Shown: in pieces, positions 53,238-63,857 of the stretch
How positions within the stretch are numbered: the stretch's first letter is position 1
Layout of the letters: the number at the start of each line of letters is the position of its first letter
DNA from: Nitrososphaerales archaeon
Lineage (GTDB): Archaea; Thermoproteota; Nitrososphaeria; Nitrososphaerales; UBA213
Reading direction: 5' to 3'
DNA: 64,000 nucleotides
Assembly: GCA_965197925.1 (NCBI GenBank)
Contig: CBDAOC010000019.1
Location: 160,001 to 224,000, forward strand
The notes under the pieces: model-generated
What the model saw: only the letters and a program-made list of their open reading frames with translations
Database searches by the model: none
Told to the model about the DNA's origin: nothing
Translations under genes and position numbers: made by a program

Positions 53238-54998
53238 ATGTGGTTTTCCATAATCGTGGAAATTTTTGAAATGATGGAGAAGACAACTAAGCGCCTCGAA
53301 CTTACGGATCACTTAGTAATGTTATTCAAATCCACGACAAGAGAACTTATCGATAAAGTGATCTATTTAATTCAAGGCAAGCTTTATCCTGATTACGAAG
53401 GAGTCGAATTAGGAATTGCGGGAAAACTTGCAATGAAAGCAATTTCTTTTTCCTCTGGCTTAAGTGTAGATAATATTGAACAGATGTATAGGAAGATTGG
53501 CGATATTGGGAGTGTAGGTGAAAAGGCATTGAAAATGAAGTTACAAACCACACTGTTTCAAGAAGATATTACAGTTGAAAGGGTTTATTCAACACTCGAC
53601 AAAGTTGCTGGCTTTATTGGAGAAAGGTCTCAGGATATGAAATTGAAACATATCTGCAGCTTGCTCAACGATTCAACCCCTGTAGAGGCTCGCTATATAT
53701 TGAAAGTTATAACGGGAAAATTGCGATTGGGTATTGCGGATTACACTGTACTGGATGCACTTGCAATTGCTTTCACAGGTAAGAAAGAAAACCGAACAGT
53801 ACTCGAACGCGCTTACAATGTAACCAGTGACCTTGGTTTGGTTGGTAAAACTATTGCCATTAATGGCCTAGATGCTGTAAGGGCTATAATGATCGAGGAA
53901 TTTAGACCCATACGATCCATGTTAGCTGAAAGAGTTTCGAATGCAGAAGAAGCGCTTGAAAGGATGAATGGCAAATGTGCGGCTGAATACAAGTTGGACG
54001 GAGAACGAATACAGATTCATAAGTCTGGAAATAAGATTATGTTGTTTTCTAGACGCCTTGAAAACATAACGAACCATTACCCAGATGCAATAGACGTAAT
54101 GAAAGTGTCAGTCAATGTACATGATGCCATATTGGAAGCCGAGGCGGTTGCAATAAATCAAGATACCGGGGAGTATTTACCATTTCAGGAATTAATGCAT
54201 AGAAGAAGGAAGTATGGTATTGAAGAAGCTGTTAAGAATTATCCCATATCTCTGAACTTTTTTGACATTCTTTATAAGAACAAAGAAGATTGCACTAATT
54301 TAGAGTATGAAAAAAGAAGGGAAGTGCTCGAGAGAGTGATCATAGAGGATTCCAAAGTTAGAGTTGTTCCCATGATCATTAGTAATGATAAAAAAACGAT
54401 AGAAGACTTTATGGAGCAAGCGATCGGCGAAGGATGTGAGGGTTTAATGATAAAGGATCTTAAAAGTAACTATAGGGCAGGAGCAAGGGAATTTGCTTGG
54501 ATAAAACTAAAGAGAGAATATAGGAGTGAAATCGTAGATACACTAGATCTAGTAATAATAGGTGCTTTTTATGGGCGAGGAAGAAGGGTGGGAAAGTATG
54601 GAGCTTACTTACTTGGATCCTATGATATTGATGATAATTTATTCAGAAGTATTTGTAAAGTAGGAACTGGTTTCACAGATGAAAATCTTACAAATTTTCA
54701 TTCCATACTAAAAAAGTACATAATACCTCGAAAACATCTTAGGGTAGATTCTAAGTTAGAAGCTGATGTATGGTTCGAACCACATATTGTCATAGAAATA
54801 ATTGCTTCGGAAATAACATTAAGTCCACTACATACATGTGGTATAAACATGATAAGCCAGGGTATTGGCTTAGCTCTCAGATTTCCGAAATTCACCGGTA
54901 AACTACGAGAAGACAAAGATGCTCAAGATTCGACAACGACGCAAGAAGTAGTAAATCTTTATAAGAAACAGCTCAAAGTTGTGAAAGAAGAATTATGA
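53238..54998 (+). CDS. lig: ATP-dependent DNA ligase
   Basis: EYKLDGERIQIH, EGLMIK, WIKLKREY, ALRFPKF. Confidence 0.97.
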   Translation: MWFSIIVEIFEMMEKTTKRLELTDHLVMLFKSTTRELIDKVIYLIQGKLYPDYEGVELGIAGKLAMKAISFSSGLSVDNIEQMYRKIGDIGSVGEKALKMKLQTTLFQEDITVERVYSTLDKVAGFIGERSQDMKLKHICSLLNDSTPVEARYILKVITGKLRLGIADYTVLDALAIAFTGKKENRTVLERAYNVTSDLGLVGKTIAINGLDAVRAIMIEEFRPIRSMLAERVSNAEEALERMNGKCAAEYKLDGERIQIHKSGNKIMLFSRRLENITNHYPDAIDVMKVSVNVHDAILEAEAVAINQDTGEYLPFQELMHRRRKYGIEEAVKNYPISLNFFDILYKNKEDCTNLEYEKRREVLERVIIEDSKVRVVPMIISNDKKTIEDFMEQAIGEGCEGLMIKDLKSNYRAGAREFAWIKLKREYRSEIVDTLDLVIIGAFYGRGRRVGKYGAYLLGSYDIDDNLFRSICKVGTGFTDENLTNFHSILKKYIIPRKHLRVDSKLEADVWFEPHIVIEIIASEITLSPLHTCGINMISQGIGLALRFPKFTGKLREDKDAQDSTTTQEVVNLYKKQLKVVKEEL

Positions 54999-55081
54999 AA
55001 AGAAAAATACGATTACATGGTAAAAAAATTGTCTTCAATTTATAGGAAGAGTTATTAAATAGATTAGGCTTTTTATGAAAT

Positions 55082-55732
55082 ATGTACAGTGGAGAGCTGG
55101 AAGTTCAGGCTAAACGGAAGGCTTTGGCGGTTTTGCAGGATGAAATAACTAAACTATTGAATGCCGGACGTGATCTCTCAACAGTTTATTCACATTTGAT
55201 AAATGGTGACTCTAAAGATTTGCATGTCTATCTGGAAAAGATGCGTAACACTGAAGAAGAGGTGGAAAATCTTAGAAGAAAAATAACCAGAGATGTATCG
55301 GAAATTGGAAGCTTGATGATGAACAGGGAAGACATTCTGAGAACAGCTTATCTAATGGATGAAATTGGTGGTTTTATGAGTGGTGTTGGTTTTAGGCTAT
55401 CTGTGATAAAACCAAGTGTTCTTAAGAAGGAATTTAGCAATGAGATTCAGTCTCTTGTAGATTTGGTCGTAGAAGAATTATTCAGACTAAATGAAATGGC
55501 AAGAGCATTGAGTATGAGTCCTCTTAATGCAATAGAAATTGCACCTGCAGTTCAAAAATTGGAGAGGCAAGTGGATGAAAAATATAGACTTTTAACGATG
55601 AAAACATTAAATGAAGTTTCTAGTGTGAAAGATATGCTATTGGTAAAGGATGTTATAGAGGGCATCGAAGGACTATCAGACAAGTGTTTAGAGACTTCTG
55701 ACTCCTTCAGTATTTTGGCTTTAAGCATGTAG
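55082..55732 (+). CDS. DUF47/PhoU-like phosphate transport regulator
   Basis: NREDILR, LERQVDEKYR, IEGLSD helical bundle. Confidence 0.8.
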   Translation: MYSGELEVQAKRKALAVLQDEITKLLNAGRDLSTVYSHLINGDSKDLHVYLEKMRNTEEEVENLRRKITRDVSEIGSLMMNREDILRTAYLMDEIGGFMSGVGFRLSVIKPSVLKKEFSNEIQSLVDLVVEELFRLNEMARALSMSPLNAIEIAPAVQKLERQVDEKYRLLTMKTLNEVSSVKDMLLVKDVIEGIEGLSDKCLETSDSFSILALSM

Positions 55733-55742
55733 ATATAATATT

Positions 55743-56294
55743 ATGAAGATTAGAGGCGAGCTTGTAGAGAATAGGATAGTCATATGGAATCTTGAGCAAT
55801 CTAGAAATTTATTTGAAGAAGGATTTTTTGGTAAACCACTGGGGGTATCTAAACCAAAAGGGAGTGACTTCAATTCACCTTTAATTCTTGACCTTATCGA
55901 AGGTCACTATCTTATTGAACAAAATAAACTTACTATTTACAAGAATAATGTACGCAACTTGGTTTCAATAAAAAAAATGAATTCCATATGCAAAAAAGAA
56001 TATGAGGACTTTGAAAGCAAGTATCTTGTATTCACTGAACTACGTAGAAATGGTTATGTTGTTACTCCGGGTATAAAGTTTGGCTGTGATTTTGCGGTTT
56101 ATGAACATGGACCTGGGATAGATCATGCACCATATCTAGTACAGGTTGTAAGGCCAACGGATATGCTTACTGCAACTTCGATCATACTTGCTGGAAGATT
56201 GGCTACAACTGTAAGGAAACAATTCATAATAGCCAGCCCCAAACTTAAAGAACGAAAAGTTGAATTTGTGTCATTTGATTGGTGGAAAGCTTGA
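55743..56294 (+). CDS. endA: tRNA-intron endonuclease catalytic subunit
   Basis: GYVVTPGIKFGCDFAVYEHGPGIDHAPYLV, GRLATTVRK. Confidence 0.92.
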   Translation: MKIRGELVENRIVIWNLEQSRNLFEEGFFGKPLGVSKPKGSDFNSPLILDLIEGHYLIEQNKLTIYKNNVRNLVSIKKMNSICKKEYEDFESKYLVFTELRRNGYVVTPGIKFGCDFAVYEHGPGIDHAPYLVQVVRPTDMLTATSIILAGRLATTVRKQFIIASPKLKERKVEFVSFDWWKA

Positions 56295-56327
56295 TTGCCT
56301 TGATTAAGTTTGGATGGTTAATTATGT

Positions 56328-56360
56328 GAGGCTTGGGCGTAATTTAGCTCGAAACGATAT
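56328..56360 (+). mobile_element. Isolated left end of GAGGCTTGG-ended IS
   Basis: GAGGCTTGGGCGTAATTTAGCTCGAAACGAT. Confidence 0.6.
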
Positions 56361-56495
56361 CTAGAATATCAAAACATCAGGTCATACTAGTGGACATTAT
56401 ACCACTGACTTTCTATTAGGTAACGATTGAATAAAATGCCCTTTAAATCTTTCAAGAGTTGGTAGTTTCGATGTTATTTATTCTTTGGTCCACCA

Positions 56496-56714
56496 GAAGG
56501 TTCAACCCTACATTATGTTGTGATAAACCCACCGTAAGCTCACCAGAAACCACCTTTTTTGTTTCTAATCAAGTTCGACAGTTAACATGAATAACCAATG
56601 GTATTATTTTTACAGGAATCGCTAAGCCATTCGCCTATCGAAGGTTCTATCCTCAATTATACTGTAATAAACCCACCAAAAGCAGACCAAAACCCACTTT
56701 TTCTTTTTTCTAAT
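56496..56714 (+). repeat. Two imperfect ~74-bp direct repeats, 144 bp apart
   Basis: GAAGGTTC...TAAACCCACC...CCAC + T tract at 56496-56569 and 56640-56714; encode EGSTLHYVVINPP* and EGSILNYTVINPPK. Confidence 0.7.
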
Positions 56715-56970
56715 AATAGTCTAGTTCCAGCGGTTCAGAATAGTTCTACATGAGCATTAGGTGTCTATGGGACAGACGGTTGTCTTGCTCTATTGCAGAG
56801 ACCATGACCCCGACGGAGTTAGAATCTCTGACTTTTTTAGGTCAAACTTGGAGAATTAATAATTTTTAATGGGAAGACGGAGAAGATGGTTACGACGTTG
56901 AAAACCTGGAGATAAAAAGATAGGAGAAAGAGACAGTATCTCCCCCTTTTTTCTTCAAAAAGAATTGTTT

Positions 56971-57582
56971 TTAGATAATTGTTTCGCAAGTTATGTTTGG
57001 TGCATCGCATACATCAATGTCCATTCCGCCTTCTGTATAGTCGCCATCGCCGCTACCAATCAATCTGTCATCGCCCGTGCTGCCAAAAAGTCTGTCGACA
57101 CCATCGTTACCTTTGAGAAAGTCATTTCCTGGTCCGCCTTGTATCCAATCGTTACCATCGTTACCTGCTGCAAAGTTATCACCTTTACCAGCACCAATAA
57201 AGTCCCTGTCTGGACCGCCGAAGATTCTATCATTATCCTCATTTCCATTCAAGTTATCTGCACCACTTCCTCCACTTACCAAGTCTTCACCAAGACCAAC
57301 ATTTACAAGATCGTTACCAGCTCCACCAAATATCCTATCATTCTCATCGTCGCCACATATTCTGTCGTTTCCACCAAGACCTTGTATAAGATCATTGCCT
57401 GCCTTGCCTTTTATTACGTCATCACCAGGGGTTCCTATTATCTCGTCATCGCCATCAGTTCCTATAATAATTACTTCTTCACCAAAGCACTCAGGGACTG
57501 CCATTGAAGGTATAGGTGCCATAACTGTACCAAAAACTCCTAATGTCAATATTGCGAACATCAGTGTATCTACTTTGTTCAT
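56971..57582 (-). CDS. Secreted RTX/hemolysin-type calcium-binding repeat protein
   Basis: Signal peptide, then many GGxGxDxLx nonapeptides; C-terminal Cys pair. Confidence 0.88.
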   Translation of the reverse strand: MNKVDTLMFAILTLGVFGTVMAPIPSMAVPECFGEEVIIIGTDGDDEIIGTPGDDVIKGKAGNDLIQGLGGNDRICGDDENDRIFGGAGNDLVNVGLGEDLVSGGSGADNLNGNEDNDRIFGGPDRDFIGAGKGDNFAAGNDGNDWIQGGPGNDFLKGNDGVDRLFGSTGDDRLIGSGDGDYTEGGMDIDVCDAPNITCETII

Positions 57583-58030
57583 TGCTTAAATCACCACCAA
57601 CTTTCTAATAACTGCTCGTGGATAATACGATCGATTATTCCTTATCATATATTCCCATTTTTTAATATAGAAAATAATATTGTTAGTTATGTAGTTCAGG
57701 GTAAATTTGTCATATTTAGTCTAGCAAAGAGCCCGAATGTAGTGAGCGAATAAAGTGAGTGAGCGTTAAGCGTAGTTCGGACATGCGGGTAGTCTCTGAA
57801 TTTTCTTGAAACATCTAGGACACTGCGGATTTGTTAAGTTAGCCAAAAAAGCCAATCCAAAAAAACCGAGAAGTAAGGATGCTAAGGCTTCTCATAGGTC
57901 GTCATCCTTAGACATATAAAATACTGGAGATATATCCTGTTAAGCCTTTTGGATTTTCTTATTCCTGTTAACTATGAATGATAGAATCAAATAGTTCTCT
58001 AGTTCTAATTTTCTCGTATCTAAACCAAAA

Positions 58031-58285
58031 TTGGATAATTATATATTTTTCGAGTTTCTTACTAATGTCAATGAAAGCAAAAGGATTGAAGGTTTTCTTG
58101 GAATTCCTGGAATCTCACGTAATGGAAATTTATACTTACCCAGTGAACTAGCAATACAAGACGGTGAACCAGTTCCTATAGATTGGGATCATGTAGCCAA
58201 AACACTAGGACAAGCTACACTACACTGGGATGAAGAATTGCAGCAATTAAAGATAATATTCGAAGAAGTATGGAGTTTGAGTTAA
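58031..58285 (+). CDS. Hypothetical protein or fragment
   Basis: 84-aa ORF with protein-like composition, convergent with the terminase relic. Confidence 0.3.
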   Translation: MDNYIFFEFLTNVNESKRIEGFLGIPGISRNGNLYLPSELAIQDGEPVPIDWDHVAKTLGQATLHWDEELQQLKIIFEEVWSLS

Positions 58286-58408
58286 ACACATCAACAATAA
58301 AAACAGGAACCTGAGCTGATCGTTTCGATTCAGGAAGGACCTGAATACATATTGATGTTAATATATGCAGTAACATAATTCTTATCCAGCTTGCCAAAGT
58401 ACAGACAT

Positions 58409-59050
58409 TTACTCGGGAATATGAATGGCAACATCCGTTACTGTGATCCCGGGCTTGTTGAGGAATGGTTCATCTGTATACTCCCTCGTCCCTGCTATGT
58501 AGCTTCTAGGACTGTACCAGTTTTTAGTTACTACAATTGTATGTTTACTACCCCTGCCCATAATCCGATGTATGCCATATACTCCTATACAGAAGGCCCA
58601 GAAGAGGTCGTCATGCATATTTGATGGATGTGTGAACCTTATCATGCCTGATTGCATCAAATCTCTTTCTTGCTCTTGTAGCTGCTTCTTGAGCTGTTTA
58701 GCTCCTTTCTTTGGAAGTGTTATCCTCTATTCCTGCATAAGCCTAATAACAGTCTCGATTATCTCTACCCTCTTTGGGTTTGATAGGGTTATACCCTCAA
58801 CAAGGAGATTCTTGGCCTTCAGCATATCAATGAACACGTTACCCATGCCAGTCTGATCGAGGAATATCTTCTTTAAGTGATATTTTTTATGCAAAGATTC
58901 GACATAGTTCGCTACTATAGTGTAGTCAAGTTGCAGTTCATTCAGAGCGACAAGTTTGATTGTATTACCCATCCTTTCCAGCAAGACAATGCCAAAAAAG
59001 TCATGTTGTTTGGCAGGATCTCCATCAAGATAGTATTCTGTGCTAGTCAT
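58409..59050 (-). pseudogene. Viral terminase large subunit, C-terminal RNase H-like nuclease domain
   Basis: YYLDGDPAKQHDF, IFLDQTGMG, LIRLMQE*RITLP, FTHPSNMHDDLFWAF; internal TAG at 58727-58729; 5-prime part replaced by IS. Confidence 0.75.
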
Positions 59051-59074
59051 TAGATCTCCTCGAGTAAATAGTCC

Positions 59075-59427
59075 TCTTCCATACCTTCTCGAATACTCCA
59101 ATGCTAACCCATTCCTGAAATCTTATATGGCAAGTTGAGCCAGAACCAAATTCTTTCGGCACCTTCTTCCACTGACATCCAGTTCTTAAAACATACAGTA
59201 TTCCATTCAACACTTTTCTAAATAGCACAGCTGGTCTTCCAACTGTTCTTACCTGTTTCTCTGGTAGCAACACTAGTTTGAACTCTTCCCATAGATCATT
59301 TGGTATACGTCATATGGTCGGCATGCTCTTTTTCTTAGCTTTTCTCACAAATTTAGCTAGAGATAACAGATCTAGATCTGTTTCGGTATAAACAATTAGG
59401 CTGTGATGTTAATTTTCGGATAGGCTC
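59075..59427 (-). mobile_element. 5-prime fragment of IS1031-like element with left TIR
   Basis: VGRPAVLFRKVLNGILYVLRTGCQWKKVPKEFGSGSTCHIRFQEW; end AATTTTCGGATAGGCTC. Confidence 0.85.
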
Positions 59428-60281
59428 TTAATCAATACAAACCTCAAACCCAGCGAATTGATTCTTCCCTAGATTTGAATATGAATGTTCTGTTTAAACA
59501 GAAACACGTATTTTGATCAAATATTTCTATTTAAAAGTTAGTGACAATATTTTTTTGGTGTCATAGATCTTGTTGCATTTCTAGATTCCTAAATTGCCAC
59601 TTGGTATTCTCAGTTAACTTGCACAAGAATCAATTGTAACATGTTGACCATTTCTTGAATAATATAAATATGGAAATAAGAGAATATTTCTAGAAACCCT
59701 GTTAATTGTTCAACAATCTAAAGATGCGTGTGACAACCTTCACAGTTAAAGAAGTTCAATTTTATCAATGTTAGGAATAGTTGTGCAAAGCAGTAGTTGC
59801 TAAACTTGTCTCATTCCAGCCTTGCATTCATCGATAAAGCATTTTGTTCTCTCATGAAAGTTAATGATGTAAGAATAACAAAAATTCTTGTTGCAAACCA
59901 ACTATTCTACTCCGTCTCAGAAGATTTTTCCCATAGGATTAAAATTTGATTCACTCAATTAATATTTCATCATAAACCTAGAGGTGGTCTTGAATATCAA
60001 ACAAGTACATCTGGACCACATGGTTTAACAGCATTCCAACTCTAATAGGAGTTTTGTCCAAGTATTGCCTCCTGTGCTTCTGTTGAAATTTTCCATCTGA
60101 ACTAGATGCAGGCTTGTTAGTACATGACAGGTATAAAGATAGTATTTTCTGTTTTATGGACAGTGGTGGTTCACAAGGAGGGGGGCTTATTCACCCTCGA
60201 TATACTGAATCATAAACCCTGATGTTTAATATTTAATCAAAATTTTTCTATAGTAAGAGCCCCAATCGATTATTAGCTTGG

Positions 60282-61733
60282 CTATATAACTCTCAATTTC
60301 AGAGCCTCTGGCCTTGACAGAGGATTAGGTTCTTCTAGGCTTTTCCATACGAATATTTCTATTTTATAATCACCCTGTTTTTCCGGTATCCAGAATATTG
60401 TAGGATTATTACTCTCTAGGGGATCTAACGACATACCCTTTATCCACGTTATCAATACTGTAAATCCTTCAGCATTCTTCACTTGCACTATGTAAAGTAG
60501 AGATACTGCTTGGCTTTCATTACTTGTAAGTGTAGACTTTATACCTACTGGAATACCCATTGAACCTTCATCGATTTTTTCTCCTAGTTCGTTAGAAAGA
60601 GATGATGATTGCAATGAAATTGGAAGCAATTTCGTTGCTAATTCACTAACAGTGAAAGAATCTTTTACTTGTAAACCTAAGAACGTTGCAATGATACCCC
60701 ATTCACCAGCAATTGCTCCAGGCCCACCAATCCTAAACTCATAACTGAAGTTGCCATCCAAATCAGGGGTTATTTGACCAAAATTGTGTATTACTCCATT
60801 AGGATTCATGACATTTATGAGAACCGGTCTTCCCTTTATCAGGGGCTTGGCTGTACCCGTAATGACTGTGAAATCTCCCAACGTATATTCACTCCGGTCC
60901 ATCCTCATAATCAGATCTGCAGACATACTTACCTTTGTTGAAACAGTAATGGTAGCAGTTATTGTTTCTCTTAAATAGTCCGCCTTGTCAGCCAGCACGG
61001 TAACCTTGTGAAGGTTTTCTGACAGAGCAGGAGAGGTAAAGAAATAAGACCCAATCCCCCGGTGTATGGGGGTTATACCAGTTGACCCGAAGAATACCTC
61101 CAATTTATCAGGATCGATTAGCTGACCTTCGGGATCTCTAAATGTAACAGAAATTTGTGCCGATTCGTGTGCAGCGTACATCTGCTTGTCGGCCTGAATA
61201 ATAACATCAAGGCGTAGTGGTTTTAATTGAACTATATATCCTCGACTGGTTGATTTCGCATTGGTAGAACTTCCGTCATATACGGCCGATATCTGAAGTT
61301 TTAAGTTTTCTAATGCCCCAATCCCTTCCTTTACTTTATATACACCAATTTCCTTGAATTTTTTAGCACTTACTTTCCATTCGAATATGAAGAACCCATC
61401 TTCGTCTGATTTGGATGTTGCTAAAACGATAGGATCTTGTGCATTGTTGAAATTATCTATAAGCTTTATTTCAGCATCCGGCAATGCTTGGAGGTACCTG
61501 CCATATGGAAGCTCCATAAGCCTACCATATATTAAATGAGTTTCACCAACACGTACAAGAGATGGAAAAGCGTTATCTGGATCGCCTGTTACTTTACCAT
61601 CAAAGTCTTTCTTTAACCCAAGATTTAACCGAGTTTGGGTATTACCCTGCGCATCTACAGGAGTTGTAAAGGCAAAGATGGACATCATCAATGATATTGC
61701 TATAGTTAAGGCCAAGAATTTGGAAAATTTCAT
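60282..61733 (-). CDS. Secreted multi-Ig-like-domain protein (thaumarchaeal surface protein)
   Basis: Signal peptide MKFSKFLAL; beta-sandwich repeats; C-terminal YIVQV...WIPE..GDYKIEIFVW..L..P.PLS domain. Confidence 0.8.
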   Translation of the reverse strand: MKFSKFLALTIAISLMMSIFAFTTPVDAQGNTQTRLNLGLKKDFDGKVTGDPDNAFPSLVRVGETHLIYGRLMELPYGRYLQALPDAEIKLIDNFNNAQDPIVLATSKSDEDGFFIFEWKVSAKKFKEIGVYKVKEGIGALENLKLQISAVYDGSSTNAKSTSRGYIVQLKPLRLDVIIQADKQMYAAHESAQISVTFRDPEGQLIDPDKLEVFFGSTGITPIHRGIGSYFFTSPALSENLHKVTVLADKADYLRETITATITVSTKVSMSADLIMRMDRSEYTLGDFTVITGTAKPLIKGRPVLINVMNPNGVIHNFGQITPDLDGNFSYEFRIGGPGAIAGEWGIIATFLGLQVKDSFTVSELATKLLPISLQSSSLSNELGEKIDEGSMGIPVGIKSTLTSNESQAVSLLYIVQVKNAEGFTVLITWIKGMSLDPLESNNPTIFWIPEKQGDYKIEIFVWKSLEEPNPLSRPEALKLRVI

Positions 61734-61831
61734 AAGAGAATTAATACTACGCGTATATAAAAGGGGTACCAACAAAATATGAACTACTAATAGTAAAAAT
61801 TAATCTCTGTGATGTGATTATCCAATTTACC

Positions 61832-62314
61832 TTACTTCAATTGCTCGTCCCATTTTCCCTCATCTATTTCCTGCAGGACTTCTTGAGGAGTCTTGCCCTC
61901 TACCTTCAAACCAATGCTTACACATGAACCCAAAACCTCTTTCACACATCCACTTAGATTGCTTGCATATGAGCCACTTATCTTCAATTTAGCAACTTTC
62001 ACTATTTTTTCGATTGACATATCCCCTACAAATTCTGTTCCAGCTTGCCCCGAACCCTTCTGGATACCAGCCTCTTTTGCCACAAGAGCTGCAGTGGGAG
62101 GCACACCTACTACAACATCGAACTCCTTTGTATCTGAATCAACCTCTACCTTTACTGGAATTTTTGTACCTGCATAGTCCTTTGTCTTTTCGTTTATCAG
62201 TTTCACAATAGAAAGGACATTTACTCCTAATGGTCCTAAAGCAGGCCCTAATGGTGGTCCTGCATTCGCTTCTCCCCCTGTAACCAACGCCGATATCGTC
62301 TTTTTATCACCCAT
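61832..62314 (-). CDS. rpl11: 50S ribosomal protein L11
   Basis: GGEANAGPPLGPALGPLG, GVPPTAAL. Confidence 0.97.
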   Translation of the reverse strand: MGDKKTISALVTGGEANAGPPLGPALGPLGVNVLSIVKLINEKTKDYAGTKIPVKVEVDSDTKEFDVVVGVPPTAALVAKEAGIQKGSGQAGTEFVGDMSIEKIVKVAKLKISGSYASNLSGCVKEVLGSCVSIGLKVEGKTPQEVLQEIDEGKWDEQLK

Positions 62315-62358
62315 CGTTAATCTCCTTTGCTCAGCGAATTATAATCCTTCCTATTCTA

Positions 62359-62838
62359 CTAAGGAAGCTGTTGTGAGGTCTTCTGCACAAGTTTGAGGTA
62401 GTTAGCATCTACAGTAACAGGCAACTGATAAGGTGCATCAAGCAGAACAATGGTAGCCTCTTGCTTTTCATAGTCAACACGTGTTATCTTTGCTTTCATG
62501 CCTTTGAAGGGACCTCCAGTAATTTCCACAGTGTCATCAACAGATAATTCTGTAACCGTTGCCTTTTTGATCAGAAATCCTTCTATATCCTTGAATTGTA
62601 GTTCACCTCTGATCTGACCTCTAACATGTCTTACACCTGTAAGAACTTCATAAACTACATTGGCGTCAGCAGCTTCTATCACAATATAACCTTTCAGGTT
62701 ATCTAATACAAGTATGGATTGAATATCAAGTTTTTTTATTGCAACTCTGTTTTCTAGCAATTTGGCTACAACGTGTTCCTGACCACCAGTAGTACGGATC
62801 GCAAAGAACTTTGAGTCGGATTCAGAAATCAAAGTCAT
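62359..62838 (-). CDS. spt5: Transcription elongation factor Spt5 (NusG)
   Basis: FAIRTTGGQE, KGYIVIEA, KOW motif VEITGGPFKG. Confidence 0.96.
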   Translation of the reverse strand: MTLISESDSKFFAIRTTGGQEHVVAKLLENRVAIKKLDIQSILVLDNLKGYIVIEAADANVVYEVLTGVRHVRGQIRGELQFKDIEGFLIKKATVTELSVDDTVEITGGPFKGMKAKITRVDYEKQEATIVLLDAPYQLPVTVDANYLKLVQKTSQQLP

Positions 62839-63023
62839 CCTCCGCTGAAGGAGATCAGGGATGATATAAACTGAATCACAAAGCCTATGGCGCCTACTAC
62901 CACAAGGCCCAGCAGAACCAATTTAAGATGAATCTTGTATTCTGTCCAAGTGCCCTTTTTTGCAAGTTTTAATGTGTTATACATATCTCTGAATTTTTTC
63001 TCTAGATTAATCTCCAGTTTCAT
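62835..63023 (-). CDS. secE: Protein translocase subunit SecE/Sec61-gamma
   Basis: LKLAKK...EY + single TM; conserved position upstream of spt5. Confidence 0.88.
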   Translation of the reverse strand: MKLEINLEKKFRDMYNTLKLAKKGTWTEYKIHLKLVLLGLVVVGAIGFVIQFISSLISFSGG

Positions 63024-63062
63024 TTCAACGACTATAAATAAACTGAGTTTTATATTTCTTTC

Positions 63063-63857
63063 ATGTTACCTTTACTCATAGCATCAACACTTGATCCTGC
63101 TGGTTACAACATGGCATCTTATATGATAGCAAATCATGGCTTCAAGAAGCTGGATAATGATCTTTATACAAATGAATTTGCGATGTTATATATCTCTGTA
63201 GAAGAGGCCCTTATGATGGAATGGCTTGATAATAAATTCTCTACCCTCTACTATGTGTTCCTGTCAAAGCATAAATCTAAAAGCGGCATACCAGCACTTA
63301 CCTGCCATACAACAGGCAATTTTTCTAATTCTAACCAAATGGGTGGCAAACCCAGAGAACTGGCATATGTGTATCCATCTCTTCAGAAGCAATATATGAA
63401 GACCCTTTACAAGAAAAGCGGTAGGATTCCAAATTATCAACTGGTAATAGAGGCAACTCATCATGGTCCTACTTCACTAACTAAACCCATTCTGTTCATA
63501 GAAATAGGTTCCGCTGAACAACAATGGCACGATAAAAACGCAGTGTCAGTTGTCTGCGACGCAGTGATGGATACTATAAGGACAGTAAAGGAATATGGTA
63601 GTATTGGCATTGGTCTTGGTGGTACACATTACCCTTCTAAATTTACTAAGATGCTTGTCGAATCTGATTATACCTTTGCATCCATTGCTCCAAAATATTC
63701 ATTGCCGAGTGTTGATAAGAGAATAATCCAACAAATGATAACTAAGAGTGTTGAAAACGTGGAACATGCTTTCATGGATTTGAAAGGTCTAGGTACGGAG
63801 AGGGATAGGTTGATTAGCATAGTTAACGATTTGGGTCTTAAAGTGACCAAGGTTTGA
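63063..63857 (+). CDS. dtdA: D-aminoacyl-tRNA deacylase (archaeal DTD2)
   Basis: FLSKHKS, LTCHTTGN, EATHHGPT, FIEIGS, GLGGTHY. Confidence 0.92.
   Translation: MLPLLIASTLDPAGYNMASYMIANHGFKKLDNDLYTNEFAMLYISVEEALMMEWLDNKFSTLYYVFLSKHKSKSGIPALTCHTTGNFSNSNQMGGKPRELAYVYPSLQKQYMKTLYKKSGRIPNYQLVIEATHHGPTSLTKPILFIEIGSAEQQWHDKNAVSVVCDAVMDTIRTVKEYGSIGIGLGGTHYPSKFTKMLVESDYTFASIAPKYSLPSVDKRIIQQMITKSVENVEHAFMDLKGLGTERDRLISIVNDLGLKVTKV

Noticed and set aside
57725..57790. GAGCGAATAAAGTGAGTGAGCG MITE/REP-like tract (similar CGCTTCGCTC near 45515)
   Set aside because: Too short and no second full copy or element boundaries could be defined
59430..60200. Possible decayed gene between the IS and the surface-protein gene
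   Set aside because: No recognisable motif in the frames I could read
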